Below, piece after piece: positions 51,953 to 64,000 of a stretch of 64,000 nucleotides of DNA (position 1 is its first letter; each line of letters begins with the position of its first letter). Origin of the DNA: Amphiscolops sp. MND2022 (Eukaryota); assembly GCA_964187785.1 (NCBI GenBank), contig OZ076409.1:17672001-17736000 (forward strand). Reading direction: 5' to 3'. Under the pieces are notes generated by a model. It did not search any database, was not told where the DNA came from, and was given only the letters and a program-made list of their open reading frames with translations. The position numbers and the translations under genes were made by a program.

Positions 51953-52300
51953 TTTAGTCGGTGGTTTTCGTAGAAAACGCAGACTATTGCAGTGACTTTT
52001 GTTTTATTTTTTAAGACCAACGAAATGACAGACTTTATAAGCTTTATATGCTGACTTGAACTAACACTAAATGCCACACTACTTGAGATAGAGGTTAATT
52101 AGGTTTTTTTGAGATCCCTTTTTACATTTTTCGCCACTATGCGACTTACCGGACCAAAAAAATTTTGAAAAAAATTTCGATTTTTTTTTCAATTTTTTCC
52201 TCATGCGGGTACTGTAGAAGAGAATACTTGACACTTCGAAGTCCTTTTGCTATTTTTGAGCCTTGGATATGGCGCCGACTTGGGCCGATCCCGGCTTGTT
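51953..52300 (+). mobile_element. Helentron/DINE-1-like element
   Basis: 5' TTTAGTCGG...GACTA and 3' GGCGCCGACTTGGGCCGATCCCGGCTTGTT. Confidence 0.65.
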
Positions 52301-52958
52301 AAAATATGGATCTCAAAGTCACCAAGAAGCAGTGTTTCACGGACCAAAGTCTTAAAAAATACAATGAATTCTTTATATGGCCTCCAAAATTGTTAATTTT
52401 GACAGTGTTTGGTCAATATTTTGAACATAGATTGTAAATTATTTTTTCACCTGTGTTGATAATTAAACTGTGGTATATGAACCTTGAAGGACACAACTTG
52501 GAAAGATAATCCAATTGCATTTTTTCCCGCATTATACCACATACCACTGAGCTAGGAATGAAGGACTTGACTATCCACTATCCACTACTTGACTTTTTTA
52601 GTTACTTGAATATTTATGGAGATCGCGGAGATTTGGCAGATAATGGAAAAAACGCAACACAGATCATGATTTTCCTCCCCCTTTATATGTGAGCGGAAAA
52701 TAAATAAGATAAATCCTCATTCGAGTTTTTGTAATTTTTCAAATTCAACTATGATAAACTGCAATCTTTTCTATTCTGTTTCAAAAGGGCTTTGAAGCAA
52801 ATAAGAGACTTACAGAACTCAATTGGTTAAAAAGAGAAAAGCAACTGAAAAGCGACTGCTCCTCTTGTTTGGGTTCATGTAAAAAGATTTTTCGCCAGCA
52901 TGTGATTGTTAAGCCCCGAGGATGAATAAGTCTATAAATAGAGTGCCTGCACATGTAT

Positions 52959-53396
52959 TTTAGTCGGCGCTTCATGAAGTGAAACGCGACTATCATAGTG
53001 ACTCTTTTTTCAATCCACAGGAACTGACAAAATGATTCTTGAAAGTTCTACGAAACTTCATGCTGTCAAATTGAAGCATTTGGTCCGGGGAACTGAACCA
53101 AAAAAGTTTTTCTTCTTTTATTCCGCGTAACATACAATACGAGACTAAAGGATCCCCATTTCAGTTTTTGTTTCGGCGTTGTGAGACTTTTTTTTTGAAA
53201 AATTTATAATGTCCTCAATTTTTTTGATGTTTTGCGGCAGAAATTTTGAAAATCTCAAAGCGTCCCACCTGGCGCGCCAATTAGGTCCAACTTTTGGGTT
53301 TTTTGGGTACTGTAAAAAAATACTTGACTTTTGAAGTCCTCTTGCTATTTTTGAGCCATTGATATGGCGCCGACATATGCCGTTCCCGCCTTGTTT
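52959..53396 (+). mobile_element. Helentron/DINE-1-like element
   Basis: 5' TTTAGTCGGCGC...GCGACTA and 3' GGCGCCGACATATGCCGTTCCCGCCTTGTT. Confidence 0.7.
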
Positions 53397-53699
53397 ACTT
53401 TTATTGGAAATTTCTTTTGGAAAACGAACAATTGTGTCAGAAGCAAAACAATCATTGTACCCCTTCCTTATTAATCCATTGAATTGACGTAAATTGAAAG
53501 TCGAATGAAAATATGAATATTGTTCAAGACAAATAAATGCAGACAATCGCGCCATTTTACATCCGCGTCTTATCAACGCCATCTGTTTGTTATTTTTCAG
53601 CAATAAAAATGACGAGCACCTAAAATGTCAGCATTACTCTTCTGAAACAAACGTTTAGTTTTTGGTAATGTGAAAAACGGTCATATGGCATTTCGTCAT

Positions 53700-54095
53700 T
53701 TAAACTTCAATCTCTGCTATTTCAACCGTTGCCATTTCAACCACTCACATTTGCAATTTCAACTGTCCGCAATTTCGACCTCAACTAATTTTGGCTATTT
53801 AATATTAATTCAGTTGAGCTATTTTTGAAGTACAATAAATACTAATGAATCAAACAGCCTTAACTAATGGTAATTATTCATGAAGAAGCCAAAACGTATC
53901 AAAACTGGCGTAAAAATTGTCACATTTGAATTTAGAAATGTGAGTTAAAACCACCGAAATAATTGTGTAACTTATAAGGATCCATTAGCGAAAATTGGTT
54001 TAGGTTGAAATTGCGGACGGTTGAAAATGCAATATGTTGAAATTGCGAGCGGTTGAAATTGTGAGTGGTTGAAATAGCATAGGATGAAATATCCT
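53700..54095. repeat. Foldback/MITE-like element with ATTTCAACC / GGTTGAAAT subterminal repeats
   Basis: TGCTATTTCAACC...GTCCGCAATTTC on the left is mirrored by GAAATTGCGGAC...GGTTGAAATAGCA on the right. Confidence 0.65.
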
Positions 54096-54280
54096 GACAC
54101 CGTGAGAAACGACGTAAACGAATGCTGAATTTCAAAGGCTAGTTGGGAGCCTGATTGGCTGAATCCTCATGAATTCGAACAAGGATTCATAATGCTTCAA
54201 CTACTCACACAGGCTGCTAGTTTCGAATGTTCTTCTTCACTTTTCGATTCCAGACAACATTTCTCTTTTGCTTTTGTTTT

Positions 54281-54776
54281 TTAGTCGGCGCTTTTCTTAA
54301 GAAAAGAGTCGACTATAGTCATGGCTTTTCGTCAGTGTTTTTGTTTCGTCAGTGGCTTTTCGTCAAAGACCACCTGAAGTGACCAAAATAGTTCTAACAA
54401 AAGTTCTACAAAATTTTGAGAAGACGCCAAATTGTACCTGTTGGCCCAAGGAACTGAACCAAAAAGGTTTCCCGCGTAACATACAATACCGGACGAGACC
54501 AAAGAGTCCCCGCTTTAGATTTTTTCGGCACTGTGCGACTTTTTTTCAACTTTTTTCCCATCAAAGAGTCCCCTTCATTTTTTTGGAGTTTTGCAACAGA
54601 ATGGATGTTGAAGAATCCCAAAGGGTCCTCCTTTTCAGTTTTTTTGGCATTGTGAGACTTTTTTTCAATTTTTTTCATAAAAAGTTCCAAATTCACCAAT
54701 ACGTCGACATTTTGAAGTCCTTTTGCTATTTTTGAGCCTTAGATATGGCGCCGACTTGGGCCGGTCCCGGCTTGTT
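54281..54776 (+). mobile_element. Most complete Helentron/DINE-1-like (HINE) copy
   Basis: Sub-TIR AGTCGGCGC (54283) / GCGCCGACT (54748), 5' stem-loop, 3' GCCGG-TC-CCGGC hairpin, CTTGTT end, T-rich insertion site. Confidence 0.75.
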
Positions 54777-55369
54777 TCTCTTTGCATGCACACTCGGAAC
54801 AACAATTGGCTGACAAATTTTTACCTGCTTGTCCCAAACTCTGCCGAGGTTAATAAAGAAAGGAGCGTATTTCTTCAATTTTGCCTCATAGAATGAAGAA
54901 AATCAAAAAACTTTGGAAGATGTCATCTACTATAGTAGTATTTTTTTGATTTTCTTTATAAAGACAACTTTCGTTTATTTAGACAATCATCAATGAAAGT
55001 CTTAACCGGAATTTGTTGTGAAAAAGACAAAAATTTATAACAAAAGTGAATAGTTTGAAAACCAAATGGATTATTCCGGCGTGACTGTGTAAAAAGATGG
55101 TTCTAATTCCATAACTTCGTCTTTCAAACGTTTTTTTTACTGTTTTATTCAGAGCTGTGTTCCCACTACCTAACTAATGGCAGGTTAATGAGCAAAAAGC
55201 AATATCCATCAAAGCTACTGACAGTGAAAGTTATCGCAAGTCCATTTCGGTTAATTGAGTCAATTTCGGTTAAAATCAGTGACTCCGAAAAAAAGAAAGA
55301 AAACGACCGTTTGTTGTCTCTCCTATGAGCCCTCATGAAACCATTGTCGGTTCTAGAGCACAATGAGGA

Positions 55370-56670
55370 ATTGCTGGACAAAAAATCAAAAATGGACTTG
55401 AAGTTTGTCTGTGGAGATGTTAATATAGATCTGTTGAATCTCGCATCTCGTGTTTTTTGGAAAACTTGATGAACTCACAAGGATTTGACTTGGTTAGACT
55501 GAGAGAGCCTACAAGGGATCCCTGATTGAAAGAAAGTGACATTCCCAGACCCGAAAGGTTCCGCACTAGATGAAAACATTCAGTATGAAGTGGACTTTAC
55601 AATCTCAAAAATATTTAACGAAACATGATCACTGTGAAAACTTCATAGTGACTCCTGATTAAAACTGTTGCGAGAGGTACATATGCTGAAAGATTTCTTG
55701 AAAGCATTGCAACAATACTCAAACAAGCAACAGAAGAAATATTTCCCGCTGAAAAATGAAACGACGCAAACACAGGACGTCATGGATAACAAATTGTATT
55801 AAAAGACACATCGCGATCAGGAATAAGCAACTGCCCAAGCAATGGAATGAAAGACGCAATGAAATTAGTATGGAACTTAGGATTGCTGAACGGAAGAATT
55901 TCGAAATACTATAGGTCGCACTAGTTCAGACGAATTTTTCAGAATACTAAAAAACCATGACAGGCGTCAACAATCAAGTGAAAAACTTCGTGCATTATCT
56001 TCTGATCCGTTTAACAATTATTCTGTGTTTTTTTTCTAGACCCAAATGATGAAGTTTCAAATAATATTGCGTCATTGGAATTCAAAAATTTTATTTTATT
56101 GGATAGTCAGATTTTTAAAACAAGCGGATCATGATGTTTTCGTTCTTTTTTGAAGAGCGCCATCATACAAATATATTACAAACTGTGTTTCCCCACAAGA
56201 TTCGAAATTTGAAAAGTTGTTACAAATATACAAAGGCGGATAAAAAATTATAGCAAGCAATTCCAGACCAGTTTCTAACTTGGGAAATCTACCAATACGG
56301 TTGGGGAAAATTATTCATTCGAAGGATTCCTATTTTTTTAGTCAATACGGATTCGAAAAAAAACTATTCAAGAATTCTTATTGCTTTGGGAAAATGCAAA
56401 CGAAGTGGTTAACTAAATTGAAGACCATTTTAACAATAACCAAACTGAAGACCATTTTGACATTTGTTGACTTCAGAAAAACGTTCGAATCTGTTGATCA
56501 TCAGGTTCTATTAACACATCAGTACCAGAGGTAAACTTATAATTTCAGGCAAATTGTTAGGAAGATAGACTTGAGTATGCGAGAAATGGAACAAATGTTC
56601 GAAGTCGAAACAAAACAAATATTGCGTCCCCCAGGGACCAATATTAGGTCATTTTTGCTTTTTGTTTTCT
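55370..56670 (+). mobile_element. Decayed LINE ORF2 relic (APE + RT)
   Basis: VCGDVNIDLL, REPTR, NSRPVSNL, FVDFRKTFESVDHQVLL and VPQGPILG in the expected order. Confidence 0.78.
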
Positions 56671-56886
56671 TACTGCTTCTGGAGAGCTTGAAAATCTGTT
56701 TTGAGAGTTACAATCTTTGAATTAGCATTTTGTCAAGAAGTTTGGTTTTGAGATACAACTGAATATGTCATAGTAATACTGGCTAGTCATAGTGTTATAC
56801 TTTAGCAATGGAAGAAAACAATGCACAAAAGTCGATGTTTTGTTTGCTCACTTGTTCAAAATTGTAGTCTTTTTTCCTTTGGGTTA

Positions 56887-57546
56887 AACAAGACGGGAAC
56901 GTCTACAGTCGGCGCTAAACCTAAGGCTCAAAAAGCCTAGTTTTCAAAATATGCGTCAGACAGTTTCATGAAAAACTCCTGTTTTCAAACCTCAGCCTCA
57001 TCGTTGATAAAACGCAATATAGATCAGATATAAAGCCAAAATTTCGGAGATAGCGCTTTAGTTCGGATATTACGAGGGGAGACTTCAATTAAATCGAAGG
57101 GTGGAGACAAAAAAAATAGTCTCATAGTCCCAAAATTGTAAAAAATGAACCCTTTGGATTTATTAACATACATTCACTTTCAAAATATTAAATAACTCGA
57201 AGGGGAGACCTTTTGGAGACTTAAAAAATCGGAAAAAGTGACACAGAGCCGAAAAAATTGATAGGGGGACCCTTTAGTCTCGTCCGGTTTTGTACCTTAA
57301 AAAAGTAAAAATTGAAAGCGGGGGCCTTTTGCACTAAGTATCTGCCGGCCGGACTTGGCCTCAGTAGTTTTAGTAGTTTCTGTGAAAATTGAACTGATCA
57401 GTGTGAGGTCTGTGGTCTGTAAAAAAAGTAAAAAAAGGTCACTGTAAAAGTCGGGCATTTTTCCTTAAAAGGATAAAGCGCCGACTAAAAAAGGTCACTG
57501 CTATAGTCGGACATTTTTCCTTAAAAGGAAAACGCGCCGACTAAAA
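56887..57546 (-). mobile_element. Helentron/DINE-1-like element with a duplicated 5' terminus; another 3' end at ~58055
   Basis: AACAAGACGGGAACG...AGTCGGCGC at the left. GCGCCGACTAAAA occurs twice (~57478 and ~57534) in a ~55-bp tandem duplication. Confidence 0.7.
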
Positions 57547-59849
57547 ATAAAGGGGGTACCCTTTGACAAAATGATTTTTTTTGAAAAAGATGCATAGTGA
57601 TAGTGCCGAAAAATTAGTAGGTCTTTTCAACAGGTATTGCAAAAACTCTCATCGGTTCCAAAAGACCGATGAATAACCAAAGATGTCACCAAATGCTTGG
57701 GAAATGGTTTTCTCCAACAGAAAAGTTTTAGGGGCAAATGCGCTGACTCCTAACTAGAGTACAAAATCACTTTTATCGCCGGAAAAACTGACCAGGATTG
57801 CGTTTATGCCTTCTCGTGTAGTCAGTGGTCTGGACAAATTCAGAATGTTTTCGATTACAATACCTTCAAATGTTCAATGTTTCCTTTAACCAATTACGTA
57901 GTGGTTTCAAAATCGGTAACATTGGACCCGAACAAGACACACAATAAACAAAAGGGTGATTATTGTGAATTTTTTTGGAGAATGATTTTCTAATTTCTAG
58001 TGCTGTAGTGCTATTGAATGCACTACGGAAATCGGGCGTTTTAAATTTTAATAAAACAAGGTGAGAACGTCTAAAGTCGGCGCTATATCTAAGGCTTAAA
58101 AAGCGCAAAGTTGCCCAGGACGTATTTATGAAACACTCAGAAAACAGTTTCGAGACACCCAAAGGGTGCTTTCAAGCTCGATAAGACTCGGAAACCACTT
58201 TTTCCCCAAGTGGGAACAAAAAACTTCGGATTTTACTTTTGGAAAATTATTAGGAAGATAAACTTGAGTATGCGAGAAGTGGAACCAATGTTCGAACGAT
58301 TTTATCATGAATTCGCAGATCTTTAAACTTTTGGCAATGGAGAGCTCGTTAGGCTCAGTTACAAGTAGATAAAACTGATGAATGCCTGTAAATCCCCCAC
58401 CAGATTCTGAAGCAAGCACAAAAAGGCTTGCAGAGTTTTTTGAAACAAAAAGCAAAAGCAATTCAAAAGAAGGAAAATTTTATTATAGGAAAGTATTTTT
58501 ATTATACTCTGAGTTCCTGTATCTTTGAGCTTCTAGGAAATCTTCCCACGGATTTCATAATTGAATCTTCAACTATGTTTTTCAATACAAATTTTCTTTC
58601 ATCATATTGTACTGCCCTTTGATAAGTGAAATCAATAAAATTCTTGAATTCTTTATACTTTCACAGCATTCTTCACTAAAATTGCCCTAATCAACCCAAA
58701 ACAAAGGTTCCTTTTCTAAGTGTTTTGTAGACTTTTTGTACCTTGCTTTGGCTTGAATAATGTCTTCAAAAGTTTTAGTGATTTGTATAACCTCTTTTGT
58801 TTCATACAGTGTGGAACGAAAATCTAAAAACACTCAATTTTGCTGACATAAAATTCAAAACGTAATTTTTTACATAAGCATTTGACACAAAAGTGCCAGA
58901 AGATAAACTTTCTTGGCAAATGTTTAATCAGATTTATAGGGTTTTTAAATGTTTTGAAATCAAACAATAATGATAAAAGTTATAAAACGTAGCTTATTTT
59001 TGACTTTTGGTATTTTCTGAAAAAAAAAGAAAAAAGAAAAAAGAAACGAGTTTCTTTTAGGCTTTTCTTGTTCCAGTCATAAAGACATCCAAGCAGTATA
59101 ATCGGATTTTTCATACATGAACAAATTCCTTTGTCCATTTCAATCAATTCATATAGTCTCAAAAGGCTTTAGATTCCAAAATAAATGTGGCGATCACGAT
59201 TAATGCCCAAAAAGTTATTTCCATTCCCTATCATCGAATAAAATCAATCCATAGTAGTTTTGCTGCTCATTAAATGACAGTTCAATGAAGAAGTAATGAT
59301 CCTGACATAACGGCCACCGCTCAAGTGACCTAAATCGGACCTGTCACCTGTTTCTGAAAACGTTTTTCGATTGCTTAAAAAACCCATTTATCCATGTTCT
59401 GATTCGGTTTTCGAAAGGACATCATTTATACCTTCCCACCGTCCAGCACCGTCTTTGCACATTGGAGGTACTTATAGAAGCTGTGGAAACTCTGAGGAGA
59501 AATGGTCTCCGCGACACGTACCTGTATTCTTTTCTCTCTGAATGATAATTCCCCGGTTAACGTAATCTAGAATTTGCCCAACCCCCCAGAAAAATATCAT
59601 CTTTGAATGAATTATATCAAAAGTACTTAAAAATAAATTTTCTAAACAGACTTTCCTTAACTATTTTGATGACGTCACACTTTCGATGACGTGTAATTTC
59701 ATACAATCAGATCCTAATTTGTGGCATTTTTTTCAGGGTTTTTCAAATATTCTCCGTGTGACGGAGAAAGGGAAAAAGTTCGTACATCTTGATCACGCTC
59801 CGTTGAATTGTTTCACAACAAAGTTTCAATAAGAAATCCTTTTCTTCAG

Positions 59850-59954
59850 AACTGTTCCATCATCTTCTGTGAAGCCTTCCGCAACGACCAGGAATGGAAG
59901 ATGTTCGAACACGTACAGATTCAAGAAGCTGGAAATTGGTCCAACGAGAACAAA
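59850..59954 (+). CDS. Exon of Cys-less pLGIC (beta8-beta9 / loop F region)
   Basis: TTTTCTTCAG| acceptor and AAA|GTTAGT donor; phase 0 matches the previous exon. Encodes NCSIIFCEAFRNDQEWKMFEHVQIQEAGNWSNENK with the pLGIC F....EW motif. Absent from the ORF track. Confidence 0.85.
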
Positions 59955-60051
59955 GTTAGTTTTTGTTTTTAGTGACCTTAGAAAACAATTTTTACCCACA
60001 CAGTACGGGTGTCGGGACAAACAAAGTTCGCAGAGGTTTGAAGCTAGGACA

Positions 60052-60560
60052 CCCGGGTTGGAAACCAATCGCAGTCCACCGGTGGTCACCGATGATCCAC
60101 CGGAGTCCCACCGGTGGAAAAGTTTTGATCCCACCGGTGGTCACCGAATGTTCCATCGGTGGTCACCGGTGGAAATTGATAAACACACCACTGGCCACCG
60201 ATGGCTCCACTGGTAATAAATCAGTAAAAATCCCAAGTTGGTATCCTTCCAGTATGATTTTGGGACTAATTCCATCAAAATACATGGTTTTAAATCTTAT
60301 TCTATCAGGAAAATCATTATAGCCCTTTTCCACCAAAATACACTGATTTTTAGGTCCATGAAAATACAGTGTTTTTAGATCTTAATTCATCAAAATACAG
60401 CGGTTTAGATCTTGTTCCATCAAAATACAAAGTTTTTAGATATTCTATCAGAAAGACATTTTCGGCCCTGTTTCAGCAAAATACAGTATATTTAGATCTT
60501 ACTCTATCAGAAAAACAATTTGGGTCCTTGTTCCACCAAAGCAGCGGTCTAAAAAGTCCT
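60052..60560. repeat. Minisatellite-rich transposon remnant (CCACCGGTGG units, then CCATCAAAATACA units)
   Basis: Starts CCCGGGTTG. Palindromic CACCGGTG units at 60076-60215 and ~30-bp units at 60240-60560. Confidence 0.6.
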
Positions 60561-60589
60561 ATAAAAACGAACGATTCGTTGAAAATCAA

Positions 60590-62330
60590 TGTGAAAATAC
60601 ATCCGGGGTCCATCAAAATCCATGTCAGAACCTCGGATAATTCAGTTTTTTTTAGCCTTGGCTGGTCAACTGAAACAGTTGACACTGGCAGGGCTACCGT
60701 CGAGCAGGTGCATGAATGAATAAGCCCCATTTAAAATGAAACAATCAAAGTTCCACAGAAATCATTAATCAAAACATTGATTCCCAAGTCTTCAAAACCC
60801 ACATCAGAAACATAAGAAGCTAATATATTTTCCAAAATTCGCCTGGAAAACTACAAAAAGCGACTGTGGAACGCTGACTAAAAGAGTACGTTCAGTGAAA
60901 AGTTTCTAGGATAAACAAACTAATAACAAAATGTATAATGATTTTTTGAACAGCTTTGAGAACCGTCAAAAAACATGTCAGGAGGTCAGCAAGTCTAATT
61001 TTTTGGTCACCACATTCCAATTGAGGAACAGCTCACTATAGCAGAGCTACCAAAGTATAGAAACCAGTGGCAAAACATTATGGGAAAGATAAACTAGGGA
61101 TGAAAGGTTGACATAAGGTTTGAAACAATTGAAGTCCATCGAAAAAAAAACATTTAAAAAACAAAAAATCCATTTTCTCTAGTTTTACCAGACCAACTGG
61201 GAAGCTTCTGAACCAGGCAGCGCTACTATTGAGCAGCATCAGAGAAAAACCCTACCCGTAACGAAACAAACAGTTACTCAAAAATTAATGTAAAATTGCA
61301 TGTGAAATTGTATCCGAGGTCCATCAAAATTCATATCAGAACCTCGGAAAATACAGTTTTTTTGGTCTTGGCTGGCCAACTGAAACAGTCGACACGGGCA
61401 GTGCTACCGTCGAGCAGGTGCATGAATGAATAAGCCCCATTTGAAATGAAACAATCAAAGTTCAACAGAAATCATTAATCAAAACATTGATTCCCAAGTC
61501 TTCAAAACCCACATCAGAAACATAAGAAGCTAATATATTTTCCAAAATTCGCCTGGAAAACTACAAAAAGCGACTGTGGAACGCTGACTAAAAGAGTACG
61601 TTCAGTGAAAAGTTTCTAGGATAAACAAACTAATAACAAAATGTATAATGATTTTTTGAACAGCTTTGAGAACCGTCAAAAAACATGTCAGGAAGTCAGC
61701 AAGTCTAATTTTTTGGTCACCACATTCCAATTGAGGAACAGCTCACTATAGCAGAGCTACCAAAGTATAGAAACCAGTGGCAAAACATTATGGGAAAGAT
61801 AAACTAGGGATGAAAGATTGACATAAGGTTTGAAACAATTGAAGTCCATCGAAAAAAAACATTTAAAAAACAAAAAATCCATTTTCTCTAGTTTTACCAG
61901 ACCAACTGGGAAGCTTCTGAACCAGGCAGCGCTACTATTGAGCAGCATCAGAGAAAAACCCTACCCGTAACGAAACAAACAGTTACTCAAAAATTAATGT
62001 AAAATTGCATGTGAAATTGTATCCGAGGTCCATCAAAATTCATATCAGAACCTCGGAAAATACAGTTTTTTTGGTCTTGGCTGGCCAACTGAAACAGTCG
62101 ACACGGGCAGTGCTACCGTCGAGCAGGTGCATGAATGAATAAGCCCCATTTGAAATGAAACAATCAAAGTTCCACAGAAATCATTAATCAAATCATTGAT
62201 TCCCAAGTCTTCGAAACCCACATCAGAAACATGGGAAACTGTTTTATTTTTCGAAATTCGCCTGGAAAGCTGCGAAAGGCGACTCTGAAACGCTCACTAA
62301 AGAGTACGTGCAGTGAAAACTCCTAGGGGA
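60590..62330 (+). repeat. Tandem duplication, period 710/709 bp, about 2.4 units
   Basis: CGAGCAGGTGCATGAATGAA occurs at 60701, 61411 and 62120; the intervening units are nearly identical. Confidence 0.95.
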
Positions 62331-64000
62331 GACACATTAAGAACAAAAAGTCATAAAGTTACCGACATTTAAATACCTGCCCAACTTGTCTTTAGTGTAT
62401 TCATTGTCTAGAGCCTGTTCACTTTTCTGTTAGAAAAACTAGTTATTAGAATACATTATTGAACTTTCACTCTTTCTTACACAATGCAACAAAAGCCAAA
62501 AACGCTTCTGTAAACCTGATCGTAATCAATAATCACTGTCTTCTTTTGTTTTAACTTTGATTGAATCAGTTAAATAACTACATTTTACCTAATACTTCGT
62601 TTCTTGATGTTCAAAATTAGACTGATTCGACTACACTTTTAGCTATATTTAGAAATTCTCGCTACTTTCAAACTTTCCGAAAATGTTCTTTTATGTTGAA
62701 AGATTGTTAAAGACATTTTCAGGATTCCTCGTGACAAACAAGAATGTAACATAACCTACTTGCATAAATGGATATTTTCCTGCCAATCATTCAATGTCTT
62801 CGATCAATATCATGTCTACTCCGGAAGAATTTGGAATTATAAAAAACTCCAGAAAAATTTCAAACCTAAAAGTTGCATTTTTATTTGTCTAAAGTATTAG
62901 CGATTTACCAGATCATTCCGAAAAAGACTTGATGGTTCAACTAAGTCTTTTCTAACCTTGTTCAACAATTCCTGAACAACAATTTTCTGACTTATATACC
63001 ATAATTTTCAAACATGTTTTTAAACAATGCATTGTTGTATTTGTATAATATTTTGAACTCTACAAAAGTCTCTTACACAGAAATTAAAGAACAAAGTTGG
63101 GATAGACATGTGATAGGTTTTTTTCTAACATTATTATTAATTTCTTTTAAAAAATTTAATTGTTTTCCCGTATTTTCCTAGAGCTAACACGGCTTTTTGT
63201 TTGATTTTTATGATTATTACAATAGGTAGTTCGTCTTATCTGTTGACGTTAATCGCTTTTATTTCTCAAAGGGTCCCTTGTAATGGATTTGCGGAATTAT
63301 GAATGCAGGTTGAAATAGTCCGCTCAACTTCCTCTGGGGGGGGGGGGTTGTCAGATAATGATAACTGCCCTTCAACAGAAATGGAAAAAACGCTATCCAT
63401 CAATGCGTATCACCTTTTTCCCGACTCGCTTTCCTGTGGCACTATTGTATGTTACATTGTCAACGATATTACAACGGACTGAGACATTTTGAAAATGATT
63501 TCAACCGAAATCATGTAGATTCTGTCGCGAGGTAAATTGGAGCATAAAAATTGTGTAGAATTTTGTGAGTAATTGAACATTCTACATCGATTGAAATATT
63601 ACGTCAATGGATGCTTGACTTCAAGCAATTTGGAGGAATTTCATGCTGAGTAGCTAACTGTCTGCATAAAATTTGGAATGTAATAATCAACACATTCAGG
63701 AGCGTGTTTTTGTCATGTTAGAGGTAAAGTGTAAGATACATTCAACCTGGGATGAAAAAGAAGGTAGCATCATGGCTTCATCTGTAAACGAGAGCCAAAT
63801 ATTTTTTTAGTTTTCCAAGGAGTTGAATTCTTCAGACTTATTTACATTCATCACCAAGATTCCATGGACCATGAAAGGAAATCCATAGAATATCTGTTAT
63901 TCGTTGATGCTTTTCCGTGAAACCAAATCTGAATATTACTCCAAGAAACCTATTTCAACAAAAAAGAGTAATTAATTCAATTGACACGTTGTTTCGTAAT

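Noticed and set aside
56552..58295. ~50-bp direct repeat at ~56552 and ~58246 as a large TSD
   Set aside because: Too long and diverged for a TSD; more likely duplicated LINE debris.
59415..59785. Possible extra exons (59418-59520 and 59737-59781)
   Set aside because: No pLGIC similarity, weak donors, and the 43354^59850 join is already contiguous in the domain.
60590..62330. Tandem TRIM or CRISPR-like array
   Set aside because: No PBS, PPT or clear TG...CA ends; the spacers are near-identical rather than unique, and the context is eukaryotic.

Overview
AT-rich, repeat-dense animal (metazoan) genomic DNA. A single + strand host gene runs across the window as four short, phase-compatible GT-AG exons (8504-8668, 17258-17467, 43129-43354, 59850-59954) separated by 8.6, 25.7 and 16.5 kb introns. 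Spliced together they encode the extracellular domain of a Cys-less pentameric ligand-gated ion channel (MELQHFPVDVQ loop with no cysteines); the first exon(s) and the TM exons are not seen here. The introns are filled with transposons. At the left is a decayed minus-strand Ty3/Gypsy element (5' LTR 7043-8177, gag, -1 slippery site, PR-RT-RH-IN) that is unusual in two ways: Gag appears to start inside the LTR and read through the PBS, and there is an intact 319-aa antisense ORF convergent with pol. Further in are a 1.74-kb solo LTR with an exact ATAGG TSD that keeps ~195 codons of open Gag-leader-like ORF, a 1.5-kb two-LTR gag-only mini element, a truncated LTR+gag relic, several CCC...GGG non-autonomous DNA transposons with 2-bp TSDs, many Helentron/DINE-1-like elements, LINE relics, a 196-bp loopless palindrome and a 710-bp tandem duplication with a chimeric middle repeat. 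All calls come from reading motifs by eye; no database search was run.
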